Positions 41,000 through 49,402 of a DNA stretch of 53,299 bases are shown piece after piece (positions within the stretch are counted from its first letter, which is position 1; every line of letters begins with the position of its first letter). Below the pieces are notes generated by a model. The model was given only the letters and a program-made list of their open reading frames with translations, was not told the DNA's origin and searched no databases. Source of the stretch: a virus. The DNA lies in IMG/VR virus record IMGVR_UViG_3300045988_169898; one strand, 5' to 3'. Both the position numbers and the translations under genes were made by a program.

Positions 41000-42316
41000 T
41001 TAATATTGGCTTGTTTCCTCTTTGTCATCTCGTACTCGTTTCAATCTCGGAAATCTTAACGAGTATCTATTTGTTCCTCTGTTTGCTGACTCTTGACTTA
41101 AAGAAAAATAGCTTATCTCTACAATTTTGCCACAAATTTTCTCAGGATGTAATGCCCAATCTTCTCGTTGTTCATCACTTATGCCTGTTCCTACCGAACA
41201 AGTCACAACTTTTCCATCAAAGTTTGCTTGACAATAGATATTTCCTAACACATTGTAGTATTTACCAGTTCCATACGACCAGTCAAATACTTTCATATCC
41301 ATTGTGTATACCTTTTTAAGTTTAAGCAGTTGGTCGGTTCTCTTGTTCAAGTAATTTGAATTTGCAAGGTTAATCATAAGTCCTTCGGCTCCGGTATCTG
41401 TTACTTTATTTAACAGGCTCCAAATATCAAGTTTCAGTTCGTCAGGCGTTTTATAGTGTGCAAGAACTGGAACGATGCGAATGTCTTCGCCAATATCAAG
41501 CCTATTGAATGTTTCAAGTTCCGTACGACGGTCGATGTAAGAACTGTTAGTATCTACAATGTCAAAAATATTGTATACTAACTTCTTGTCGGTTGTATGT
41601 CTATTTATCATACCGGACGTAAAGTTGAAGTCAGTATCACTGTTCTTAAAGTTACCGTCACCTCGTCCAAACACCATATCTTCCAACTTTTTAGAATTGC
41701 TTGTTTGTAAAGGACTTAGCACTTCGCCATCATAAACATATCGTTTATCCATACAACTCATATCGAAGTTTACATGCATTGCTTTTCCATTCCTCGATGT
41801 GAAGTTCCATTTTTCGCCATCCCAGCTAGCAATACATCTATTGCCATCAAGTTTTTCAGTTACGAAATAACCGTCTTTTGAAAACTTTATGTCTCCTTCA
41901 AACTTTTTAGCAAGCATCGGTGATATTATGCTCTTTTCTACAAGGCTTTCACCTATTCCTAACCTCAACGTTCTATTTACAATAGGTTCAAAGAAGTCTG
42001 CCCAGTTGGTTGTCAATGATACATACGACATAATATTCTCTGTACTCAAATCTCTGTCCTTTGCAGGTGTAAGTAAAAATTGAAGTACTGATTTTACAGT
42101 CATTGCAGAGATTGTAGAGTTATACAAAAAAGGATATCGTTTATAAGTATAACCGAACTTATGTTTTCCTGCAAGACATTCAATTATGAAGTCGAAATCT
42201 TCCTTACACCTTGGGTCGATGTCTTTAACTATTTGTTCCTTCTCAATCCTTGAATTGGTATCTTGCAACAAATCAAATATGTAACTTAAATAGTCTACTC
42301 TTTCTTGTAATGTCAT
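41000..42316 (-). CDS. ATP-dependent DNA ligase
   Basis: 438 aa. Motif I is TEKLDGNR (KxDG), motif III YVYDGEVL, motif IV AEGLMIN and motif V QLLKLKK. Confidence 0.85.
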   Translation of the reverse strand: MTLQERVDYLSYIFDLLQDTNSRIEKEQIVKDIDPRCKEDFDFIIECLAGKHKFGYTYKRYPFLYNSTISAMTVKSVLQFLLTPAKDRDLSTENIMSYVSLTTNWADFFEPIVNRTLRLGIGESLVEKSIISPMLAKKFEGDIKFSKDGYFVTEKLDGNRCIASWDGEKWNFTSRNGKAMHVNFDMSCMDKRYVYDGEVLSPLQTSNSKKLEDMVFGRGDGNFKNSDTDFNFTSGMINRHTTDKKLVYNIFDIVDTNSSYIDRRTELETFNRLDIGEDIRIVPVLAHYKTPDELKLDIWSLLNKVTDTGAEGLMINLANSNYLNKRTDQLLKLKKVYTMDMKVFDWSYGTGKYYNVLGNIYCQANFDGKVVTCSVGTGISDEQREDWALHPEKICGKIVEISYFSLSQESANRGTNRYSLRFPRLKRVRDDKEETSQY

Positions 42317-42534
42317 TTGTTTCTCCTTTTAAGGTTCCTAATCTCTCTGTTTATGTACCAAATGGCCTTTTGAAGGTCCTCTATTTCCTTTGATGCATCT
42401 TTTTTGCCAGCTCTACAAATATATTTTATTGCATTGCCTCTGTGATAACTCAATTGTTTATCCTCTATGAACTCTATTACTTCAATTTTTCCATCAGTAT
42501 AATGAGACGGATGTTTTACGTTATCGTCTATCAT
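42313..42534 (-). CDS. DUF3310-family small protein
   Basis: 73 aa with HPSHYTDGKIEVIEFI ... GNAIKYICRAGKK ... EDLQKAIWY, the characteristic DUF3310 pattern. ATGA overlap with the ligase gene. Confidence 0.65.
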   Translation of the reverse strand: MIDDNVKHPSHYTDGKIEVIEFIEDKQLSYHRGNAIKYICRAGKKDASKEIEDLQKAIWYINREIRNLKRRNK

Positions 42535-42767
42535 AATCTACTCCTTTTGTTTAATTTAGCACTGTACTCATATTCTGCCGCCACGGCATCTATCAATAGT
42601 CTGTTAACTTTGTCGTCAGGTGTCGCAATAAATTGTCTAAGCAATACACGGATAAGTGATGCAAGTTGACCTTTTGGTTTGTCGCCACTAAGTCTTACCA
42701 ACTTTTCTATTGCCTCTTGTTTAACATCATCGTCAAGATAAAAGTTGAATAATGTTTTATTTGACAT
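42531..42767 (-). CDS. Ribbon-helix-helix (Arc/CopG-like) DNA-binding protein candidate
   Basis: 78 aa. The N-terminal KTLFNFYLDDDVKQEAIEKLVRLSG fits a beta-strand-helix-helix pattern. Confidence 0.45.
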   Translation of the reverse strand: MSNKTLFNFYLDDDVKQEAIEKLVRLSGDKPKGQLASLIRVLLRQFIATPDDKVNRLLIDAVAAEYEYSAKLNKRSRL

Positions 42768-42945
42768 GCTTTTCCTCCTTCGGCTCTAATTTTTCCTTTA
42801 GCCAAGATTTCCAAATTTCGCTACATTTTAATGACCTTGTCGAACGACATTTTCTATAACAAGGACATTCACTACAGTTAAGTGAATTACAAAACGAATC
42901 GTTAAAAATATTATACAACCAATCGTAGTTATTCTTCATTTTCAT
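42757..42945 (-). CDS. Cys-rich small protein (62 aa)
   Basis: CNSLNCSECPCYRKCRSTRSLKC contains 7 Cys. It lies in a coupled same-strand array. Confidence 0.5.
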   Translation of the reverse strand: MKMKNNYDWLYNIFNDSFCNSLNCSECPCYRKCRSTRSLKCSEIWKSWLKEKLEPKEEKHVK

Positions 42946-43174
42946 ACTCCTTTATAAGGTCGTCAATCACGTACATAGTTGTGACGGATCTGCAGTAAGT
43001 TCTACCGTTTGATACATATGTTTTTTGTTTCTTTTCTCGTTCCTCTTGTTTCTTAGCATCCTCGTACTTTTCTCGTTCTTTGCGATAATACTCACAAGTA
43101 TCGTGACAACCCGGATGCCGGTCAGGTGCTGCACAGTCTTTGCAAACTGTAAAAAACTCACTTATTTTTCTCAT
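42929..43174 (-). CDS. Cys/His-rich small protein (81 aa)
   Basis: CKDCAAPDRHPGCHDTCEYY. Overlaps its neighbours by 17 nt on each side. Confidence 0.5.
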   Translation of the reverse strand: MRKISEFFTVCKDCAAPDRHPGCHDTCEYYRKEREKYEDAKKQEEREKKQKTYVSNGRTYCRSVTTMYVIDDLIKEYENEE

Positions 43175-43361
43175 CTTTCATCTCCATAGCTAATGCCAGA
43201 ACAGGTTCTATTGGCATAATTTTACAAGTTTTAATATCTCCTTGTTTACCGGTGAGAGGACAAACATAAATGCAATCTCCACCTAACCTTACATGTAGTC
43301 TGGAAAGTTTACATTTCTCACAACTGGTTGGACATTGATTAGCAAAAGTGTATAAATTCAT
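43158..43361 (-). CDS. Cys-rich small protein (67 aa)
   Basis: CPTSCEKCKLS...GGDCIYVCPLTGKQGDIKTCK. Confidence 0.5.
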   Translation of the reverse strand: MNLYTFANQCPTSCEKCKLSRLHVRLGGDCIYVCPLTGKQGDIKTCKIMPIEPVLALAMEMKDEKNK

Positions 43362-43362
43362 A

Positions 43363-43593
43363 TTAACTCCTTAAAAAATTTAATAGGTTGCTATACCGCA
43401 ACGAGTGATATACGGACATCCATATTCCGAACAACAATGCTATTCCTATTAAAACATAGGTGATTATTGAAAATGCATCGTCTGCTCTCATAATTGCAAT
43501 TGCAATATCGAATGCCAATGCTATGCTTTCAACTAACGATACAATCCAAGATTGGATATACCTTCGCTTAACCAAACTGATACCTTCGCTCAT
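43363..43593 (-). CDS. Small membrane protein (2 TM)
   Basis: 76 aa with the hydrophobic helices WIVSLVESIALAFDIAIAI and IITYVLIGIALLFGIWM. Confidence 0.55.
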   Translation of the reverse strand: MSEGISLVKRRYIQSWIVSLVESIALAFDIAIAIMRADDAFSIITYVLIGIALLFGIWMSVYHSLRYSNLLNFLRS

Positions 43594-43844
43594 CGTTCTT
43601 CCTCTCTTAAACTTTTTATTATTTTACTACAAGTAAAAATGTTATCAAGCAAAAATGATTGTACAATAAGCAATGCTCCCAATACGAGTGCTCCGCATAC
43701 TATTACTACTTTGTCGTGAATGTGTCGGCCAATAACTATTGCATTTGAAATAAGTCCTACAAATATCACTATTGACCGATATATCATAACGCGTCTGTCT
43801 TTAATAGCATTGTATAATATTACTCTTCTTTGTTCTTCGTTCAC
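43590..43844 (-). CDS. Small membrane protein (2 TM)
   Basis: 84 aa with SIVIFVGLISNAIVIG and VIVCGALVLGALLIVQSFLL. ATGA overlaps on both sides. Confidence 0.55.
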   Translation of the reverse strand: MNEEQRRVILYNAIKDRRVMIYRSIVIFVGLISNAIVIGRHIHDKVVIVCGALVLGALLIVQSFLLDNIFTCSKIIKSLREEER

Positions 43845-44155
43845 TTTTCGTTCTCCTTAACTTTTCTTTCCGCCACAACAAATTGAACACCTTTCGGCAA
43901 TGTTGCCCTTTCAATAGGAACACCCATTACTCGGTCAAAATCAAGGTAAGGAACATCGTCGCTTACAAGTATGAAATTGACTTCGTGTTTCTGCTTGTGC
44001 AACTTTTCCATTTCGCGTAAAATACGCATAAAAAGCATTCCTTTACTCTTTTTCCGTTGTCTGAAATAGTCAACATTTAGACATATCGCAGGAATTATTA
44101 TGCATATTGTTGCTATTACAAAAAATACAATCATACAAATATCTGATGCCGTCAT
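43841..44155 (-). CDS. N-terminally membrane-anchored small protein
   Basis: 104 aa with ICMIVFFVIATICIIIPAICL at the N terminus. Confidence 0.55.
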   Translation of the reverse strand: MTASDICMIVFFVIATICIIIPAICLNVDYFRQRKKSKGMLFMRILREMEKLHKQKHEVNFILVSDDVPYLDFDRVMGVPIERATLPKGVQFVVAERKVKENEK

Positions 44156-44505
44156 TTTCTATTCTCCTTATAGTTCAAGGCAATATTTTTAGCCTTAATT
44201 ACCGCTGTGATTTCATCTTGTGTCCTAACATTACCGTTTAGCCGCCATCCTTCTCCGCTGTATGCTTCTGAAAGTTTGCAACCATACATTTCAATATATA
44301 CGGTCAATGCCGTTACTAACAAGACAAGTTGCTTTTTCATTATCTCCAAATCGGTTTCTTGTTCGTTTAATTTTTCTTCTGCTTTACACCAATTGTGGAA
44401 ATACATAGTTGAACAATCATTTGCTGTTTTATATTTTTGTTTCCACTGTTCTATTTCGGCGTTTTCTTTTTCAACTTGTCGCTTTCTTAAAAAGTTTTTT
44501 AACAT
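44152..44505 (-). CDS. Hypothetical protein (117 aa)
   Basis: Same-strand coupled array. No motif recognised. Confidence 0.5.
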   Translation of the reverse strand: MLKNFLRKRQVEKENAEIEQWKQKYKTANDCSTMYFHNWCKAEEKLNEQETDLEIMKKQLVLLVTALTVYIEMYGCKLSEAYSGEGWRLNGNVRTQDEITAVIKAKNIALNYKENRK

Positions 44506-44733
44506 TTTTTGTTCTCCTGTTCATTAAGAAAGCAAGGTGGGACAGAACCTGCTCTGTATACGACGATTTTGATTTTAAGGTCGTGTTCATCAATGAACAT
44601 CGCCAAATCGTCAATGTCGATGCTGCCGTCTTCTACAAGTCTGATGCAATGATGCCGACTTCCACTTCGGAAAGGGCAATCGCATTCTCGTTACACGACT
44701 TGTTTATGATTATTTCGATTTGTTCTTGTTTAG

Positions 44734-45063
44734 TCATTTATTTAATTCCTCCAAAAGTTTTTCTATGTCATCAACAAATACATATCTATGCCATTTGCCA
44801 TCTGTAAAAAAGTTATCACAATGACTTAGCTTCTTTGCTTCATTCAACACTTCGATTTGTGCTTGTTTTTGTGCCGTCTTTACAAAGTTACAAGTTAATC
44901 TCGCATTGCGTTCTGCTTCAAGTTCTTTGACTTCTGCTTTGAGTTCGTCTATCTCTCTGCAATCGGATTTTATGCGTTCCAGAGAGCGAATATAGTCTGC
45001 AGTAAGTTGCCTGTTTACTTCCTTTAATCTTTCGTTTTCTTCTTCAAGTCTTGTCGTTCCCAT
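44734..45063 (-). CDS. Coiled-coil hypothetical protein
   Basis: I prefer the internal start MGTTRLEEENERLKE (ATG 45063). The ORF-track start at 45177 would overlap the upstream gene by 134 nt. Confidence 0.45.
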   Translation of the reverse strand: MGTTRLEEENERLKEVNRQLTADYIRSLERIKSDCREIDELKAEVKELEAERNARLTCNFVKTAQKQAQIEVLNEAKKLSHCDNFFTDGKWHRYVFVDDIEKLLEELNK

Positions 45064-45382
45064 CGTCGTCCTCATACCAATCGTGCGAATCGCTGTATTT
45101 ACAACCACATTCCTGGCAAACATATTCGCCATACTTGGGGCTGTAGTCCATATATGCTCCACACTTAGGACAAACACCGTTGTCTTCTATGTCTTGCAAT
45201 ATGCTATCTTTGCAGTTTGCTTTCATCTCTTTAAGTTTTGCAAGAGTTCGTTTAGCATAAGTTTCAGGTCCTAACTCTTTAATCTCTGCAATAGCACCAT
45301 TGAGTGCATCAAGGTATTCTTGTTTATCCTCGTGACTCCAATGGTCATAAAATACGTTTGTTAATTCAGTATCTGCTACCAT
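45044..45382 (-). CDS. Zinc-ribbon small protein
   Basis: 112 aa with CPKCGAYMDYSPKYGEYVCQECGC. Confidence 0.55.
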   Translation of the reverse strand: MVADTELTNVFYDHWSHEDKQEYLDALNGAIAEIKELGPETYAKRTLAKLKEMKANCKDSILQDIEDNGVCPKCGAYMDYSPKYGEYVCQECGCKYSDSHDWYEDDDGNDKT

Positions 45383-45394
45383 TTTTTGTCCTCC

Positions 45395-45739
45395 TTAAAA
45401 TTTCGTCGGCACTATTGTAAGAATAGTTATCCATAAATCAATATATTGTTTGCTCAACTTGCTGTCGTCATCTTGAAAATCTTGTGACGCTGTTATAACA
45501 TATCCGCATTGTTCCGCTTCGCCGCTTTTGTTGTCGATATACATTGCCTCTTTTTTCTTTATCGCGTTTTTTGTTATTGTTGTATAATCATCTCTCTCAA
45601 CCAATTTGACGTATATATCGAGGGCTTCGGCAGTGCTGTCGGCGGTAATAATCTTTTCCCTTATTATTCCGGGGTCAATCCACCATTTGTCCCTGTTGTA
45701 GTCTTTCATTGTCGCGCTTGTCTTAAAAATAAATCTCAT
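45395..45739 (-). CDS. Hypothetical protein (114 aa)
   Basis: AAGGAG RBS preceded by a 4-bp stem / 3-nt loop hairpin (45751-45761). Confidence 0.55.
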   Translation of the reverse strand: MRFIFKTSATMKDYNRDKWWIDPGIIREKIITADSTAEALDIYVKLVERDDYTTITKNAIKKKEAMYIDNKSGEAEQCGYVITASQDFQDDDSKLSKQYIDLWITILTIVPTKF

Positions 45740-45764
45740 TTTTACTCCTTCGCCTGAGGCGGTT

Positions 45765-46217
45765 TTAATATCCTTCTTTTGTTATGCGTTTCTCACAACG
45801 TTCCATCAACCAATCCTTTCCGCAAAAGTTGATGTCACGTATTTCCATTTGGTATTGTTTACCGAAACCACAAAAGCCTTCACCGTATACAGCAGTTGTT
45901 GCCATCTCGTAAAGGTTTTTTACAAGCCTATCGTGGTCTTTTAACAATGCTTCTGCGCTTTTGTATTCTTCACTATCTTCCGAATAGTCAAGCAACGTGT
46001 TTTCAAGACCGCCGAGTAAATCGTTTGCTGCCCAATAGATGTTATAAAATGCCTTCTTTTGTCTTGCATTCATTTCTGATACTTTCATTGTAAACTCCTT
46101 TTCGTTCTCTGTTTTTGCTATACCGAACACAACTTTGCCATTCTTCCTTGCAAAATAGTCGGCATCACTTAATTTCCTGAAGTTAAAACAAATATTACCT
46201 ATAAGTACCTTATACAT
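45765..46217 (-). CDS. Hypothetical protein (150 aa; alternative start at 46088)
   Basis: The in-frame internal ATG at 46088 (MKVSEMNARQ) has a strong AAGGAG RBS, while the upstream ATG at 46217 has only a weak one. Confidence 0.5.
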   Translation of the reverse strand: MYKVLIGNICFNFRKLSDADYFARKNGKVVFGIAKTENEKEFTMKVSEMNARQKKAFYNIYWAANDLLGGLENTLLDYSEDSEEYKSAEALLKDHDRLVKNLYEMATTAVYGEGFCGFGKQYQMEIRDINFCGKDWLMERCEKRITKEGY

Positions 46218-46219
46218 AA

Positions 46220-46351
46220 CTACTTATCATCGTGTTCGTCACGAGATTTGTCCTCCTTCTCTTTTTTTCTATCTGCCAAATAGTCAAGAGTCATTGGAAT
46301 AGCCATACTTAAAAATGCTGCCAATACAGCAATTATAGCTGCCCACCACAT
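46220..46351 (-). CDS. Tiny membrane protein (43 aa)
   Basis: I start at MWWAAIIAVLAAFLSMAIPM, where a TAATG overlap couples it to the exonuclease stop. The ORF-track start at 46414 lies inside the upstream gene. Confidence 0.45.
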   Translation of the reverse strand: MWWAAIIAVLAAFLSMAIPMTLDYLADRKKEKEDKSRDEHDDK

Positions 46352-47358
46352 TAAAAGTCTCCTTCTACTGTTAGCCAAGGTTTGCAAGCGGTAAGATACT
46401 CGCAAGATTTGCAAGAATATGAGTCGTATTTCCTTAGGAATGGCATATTATGTTCAACCATAAAGTCTATCATTTTTGCTGCATTCATCAGGTCGTTAAG
46501 TACTCCTGTGTATACCTCGCTGTCTAAATACTGTATCGACAAGTAGGCCGCTTTATTTAGTGCAAGATTATTCCATATGTCGTGGTAATAACCACCTTCT
46601 TTGCAATTGTAATAGTTATCGTCTCCGTGAATTGCTATAACACATTGTTCATAAAACTCTTGTGACACGTTTTGTGACTTCGAGCGAGACAATGTTCCAT
46701 TACTTAGCAAGGTAGGTTTATCGAATGCCTTTTTAGGAATGTCGATGTAACCGTATCTTATGTTATGCAATGGAATGTCATAGTTAATATGTACGAGGAA
46801 TGCATACAAAGGCAACTGACTGTTCATATCGAAGTCGTCTTGTGTCTTTTTACTCGAACTGAATTTGTAGTCAAGTATTATCGCGTTTGTTTTAGTGTAT
46901 ATAAGACAGTCTATAACACCTACCACCTGTTGTTCTATGTCGGTATATCCGAGTTTTTTAAGTTGCTCAACAGTCAGTTGAAGTTTAACCTCTCGTTCTA
47001 TGGCCACGTTACCTGTTTGTGTGTCCATAAGTTCTTTTGTTAGTTCTCTCTCATATATTGCCGTTTGTTTTATGACCGGAACGAAATAGTTTTGCCAACT
47101 TTCTATTCCGAATTCTTCTTTAAGTTCAGGATAAAGTACTTCGGAAGGGATTACTTGTTCATAATCACCTTGTTGAATTACTCCATCGTCATATTCGTCC
47201 CTCAGCTTACCTGCTTTGTATAAGCAATCGTGTGCCATAATACCGAATGTAAGGTGAGGTGAAATCGGTTTGCAAGGAGGAGTATGTAAAATGTAGTTAT
47301 GTTCGTATTTTGCCATACAATTTGCGAAACTGTTTAGTGATGAGTTGCTATGAGCCAT
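46351..47358 (-). CDS. PD-(D/E)xK exonuclease of the RecB/Cas4 type with Fe-S cysteines
   Basis: 335 aa with VGVIDCLIY, ILDYKFS (D..DxK) and QLPLYAF (QxxxY). Cysteines are one N-terminal Cys (FANCMAKY) plus the C-terminal CKSCEYLTAC, the Cas4/AddB 4-Cys arrangement. Confidence 0.7.
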   Translation of the reverse strand: MAHSNSSLNSFANCMAKYEHNYILHTPPCKPISPHLTFGIMAHDCLYKAGKLRDEYDDGVIQQGDYEQVIPSEVLYPELKEEFGIESWQNYFVPVIKQTAIYERELTKELMDTQTGNVAIEREVKLQLTVEQLKKLGYTDIEQQVVGVIDCLIYTKTNAIILDYKFSSSKKTQDDFDMNSQLPLYAFLVHINYDIPLHNIRYGYIDIPKKAFDKPTLLSNGTLSRSKSQNVSQEFYEQCVIAIHGDDNYYNCKEGGYYHDIWNNLALNKAAYLSIQYLDSEVYTGVLNDLMNAAKMIDFMVEHNMPFLRKYDSYSCKSCEYLTACKPWLTVEGDF

Positions 47359-47378
47359 ATGTTGTACCTCCGGTTAAA

Positions 47379-48203
47379 TTACTTTGTTTGATAAAATGAC
47401 GACCAACTCAAGCCCATTTCCTTGAATTTTTCTTTAAGTCTGTACATTTTCCGTTGTGACCAAGATGTCGTGTGTTTGTTTGCATAGTCCCTCATAAGCT
47501 GTTCAAACTGCCGTTCACCTATGAGTTCTATGCATATGTCTTTTACTTGTCCGAATACATATTTTATGAAGTCCTCGTCTTGCTTTGCCTCTTCTTCCTC
47601 TTCTATGGAAATGTCAGGCAGCATATCTGCAAGAGTTAACGAGTTGTCTTCACCTTGATGTACCACGGTGTCTATACTTACTATCTCTGGCTTGTTTCGT
47701 TCGCTACGTAGATAGCAAAGTATGTCGTTATTATAGCATCGTTCTATGAGCGAAGGATGCAAATAATAGCCCTTGTGATACAAGTTTAGCATAGTCAGTC
47801 TGCATATCTGTTTAGCATCGTCTAACTCCAACTGAGACCACCTTTGCACTTGTTTCAAGGCGCATTTAGATATAAACGGCTCGAACAACTGAAGTTGCAT
47901 CTCGATGGGCGGTTGTTTGTAACCTATGACGTTTGCTATCTTTTGTTCTCCACTTTCCTTGATGACCTTAAATATGTCATTGACCACGTCATCAGCTTGT
48001 AGAGTATTATATCTATCCTTCTGACTGATAGTGTATTCTATCTGCCAGTAGGCCAGTTTGTCTTCTTTGTATCGTTCATACACGAGGTATGAGTATATAG
48101 TTTTAAGTTCGTCGAGGACGGTATGCAATTGACGCAAGATGTCCTCATCTGTACAGGTTGCACTTATCTTTTGGATTAGTTTGTCAGTTATGTTCTCTGT
48201 CAT
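47379..48203 (-). CDS. Hypothetical protein; weak resemblance to a sigma-70-family factor
   Basis: 274 aa. LELDDAKQICRLTMLNLYHKGY resembles region 2 (eDl.Q.g.l.L..a...y). An acidic linker follows. The C-terminal ELIGERQFEQLMRDYA..SQRKMYRLKEKFKE resembles region 4. Pattern-level evidence only. Confidence 0.3.
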   Translation of the reverse strand: MTENITDKLIQKISATCTDEDILRQLHTVLDELKTIYSYLVYERYKEDKLAYWQIEYTISQKDRYNTLQADDVVNDIFKVIKESGEQKIANVIGYKQPPIEMQLQLFEPFISKCALKQVQRWSQLELDDAKQICRLTMLNLYHKGYYLHPSLIERCYNNDILCYLRSERNKPEIVSIDTVVHQGEDNSLTLADMLPDISIEEEEEAKQDEDFIKYVFGQVKDICIELIGERQFEQLMRDYANKHTTSWSQRKMYRLKEKFKEMGLSWSSFYQTK

Positions 48204-48666
48204 CGCTAAGGTACTCCTCTAGTTTGTTAAGTAACTCGTCTATGACAATGAGTTCTCGTTCGACCTTCTTGTCATCTTTTTTAACTATGCCCACACGTTT
48301 CAGTGAGCTTCTTGCTGTGTCTATGTGTTTGAGTAGCCGTTTGAGTTCCTTGTCCTCGTATCTGTTGACCGGTTTCCAACCAAGGTCCTCGTAGACACCG
48401 AAGTCAACGAACCAGTACAATATCCGACGTATGGATAGCTTGGGACTGTTGACCGGGTAGCTCTGCAGCATGTCTATGTAGTCAGGCTGGTTGATAGTTA
48501 TGTTGTATCGTCCGGCTCCCTCACGGTTTTTGCAAGGAGGTCTGTCTATTAGCTCGATGTTTCCATCAGCACCCTCTTGCAAGATGCGGTTAACCACCTC
48601 CGATAGGTCGCCGAACAAGCATAATGTGTCGACCACATATTTATGTAGATATACACTCTGTATCAT
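48184..48666 (-). CDS. Hypothetical protein (160 aa)
   Basis: Same-strand coupled array (ATGA overlap at 48663-48666). No motif recognised. Confidence 0.5.
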   Translation of the reverse strand: MIQSVYLHKYVVDTLCLFGDLSEVVNRILQEGADGNIELIDRPPCKNREGAGRYNITINQPDYIDMLQSYPVNSPKLSIRRILYWFVDFGVYEDLGWKPVNRYEDKELKRLLKHIDTARSSLKRVGIVKKDDKKVERELIVIDELLNKLEEYLSDDREHN

Positions 48667-49091
48667 TGTGAGTTCCTCCTATAGCACTCAGGCCCGAGGC
48701 CTCTCTGTATACTCTCTGGAGTAGTGAGCTTCCTGCCACAGCGACCACATCTTCCCTCGTGGTACACATGCAGGTTGTTAGGTATGTTGTACAGGTTATC
48801 AAAGAAGAAGCTTATTGCTCGGAGTGATGCCGGCCAGGCCATCTGCATCTTGTCTTTCCAAGGCTTAGCAGGATGGAAGTAACAAGTATCACTGTAATAG
48901 CAACCTATGTACTGGTAGTCGTCCTCGTTGTCTGGACCACTGAGTAGGTGAATGAAGTACAAGTTTTCCTGAGTTTTAGATTGTTTCACCTTGTAAGTAA
49001 AATGTACCCCTGTGTTGCCAGACTGCAAGGTGACTGTAGCGTTGCCTGCAAGAGTGTAGTCGACGATGGCGTCTGATTTAAGCTCGTTCAT
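48663..49091 (-). CDS. Protein with a C-terminal CxxCGR..LT.PES...G.GP.C zinc-ribbon (DUF6011-like)
   Basis: 142 aa ending with GRCGRCGRKLTTPESIQRGLGPECYRR. Confidence 0.5.
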   Translation of the reverse strand: MNELKSDAIVDYTLAGNATVTLQSGNTGVHFTYKVKQSKTQENLYFIHLLSGPDNEDDYQYIGCYYSDTCYFHPAKPWKDKMQMAWPASLRAISFFFDNLYNIPNNLHVYHEGRCGRCGRKLTTPESIQRGLGPECYRRNSQ

Positions 49092-49321
49092 CTCACACCT
49101 CCCTTCTCACAGATGCGTCTCAGTTGTTCCAACTCTTCCTTGTCGGCCTCAATCTGTTCACGAAGTTTCTCTCGTTGTGTTTGGTCAACCCAGTGACCGT
49201 CCTTGTTCTTTTCCCAGTACTCAACAATCTTGTCGTTGTTAGTTATCTTATAGACCTTTAAGCTGGGGTATGTGGTGATAAGTTCCTCGAGGTCAGGATG
49301 CTTTTGCAATAGTTCTTTCAT
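49088..49321 (-). CDS. Hypothetical protein (77 aa)
   Basis: AAGGAG RBS and an ATGA overlap with the downstream gene. Confidence 0.5.
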   Translation of the reverse strand: MKELLQKHPDLEELITTYPSLKVYKITNNDKIVEYWEKNKDGHWVDQTQREKLREQIEADKEELEQLRRICEKGGVR

Positions 49322-49366
49322 AGCAGGTACTCCTTGTTATATGTATATATTTATATCGAGAGTTTT

Positions 49367-49402
49367 TATATAGGCCCAGCTACAAGAGGCCAGGCCTGTA
49401 TA
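49367..49402. other. Conserved intergenic hairpin, copy 1 (core GCCCAGCT)
   Basis: A 10-bp stem with one T-G pair (49367-49376 / 49393-49402) encloses a 16-nt loop. On the minus strand it reads AGCTGGGCCTATATAAAAA. It is related to 51733-51756. Confidence 0.55.

Noticed and set aside
42967-43161. Alternate-frame minus-strand ORFs nested in accepted genes (42967-43161, 36336-36602, 52067-52348, 1076-1435)
   Set aside because: They are fully nested in longer ORFs that carry motifs or RBSs, and there is no independent support for them.
44409-44807. 132-aa plus-strand ORF in the early minus-strand array
   Set aside because: It has no RBS, overlaps the ends of two minus-strand genes, and would be the only plus-strand gene in 23 kb.
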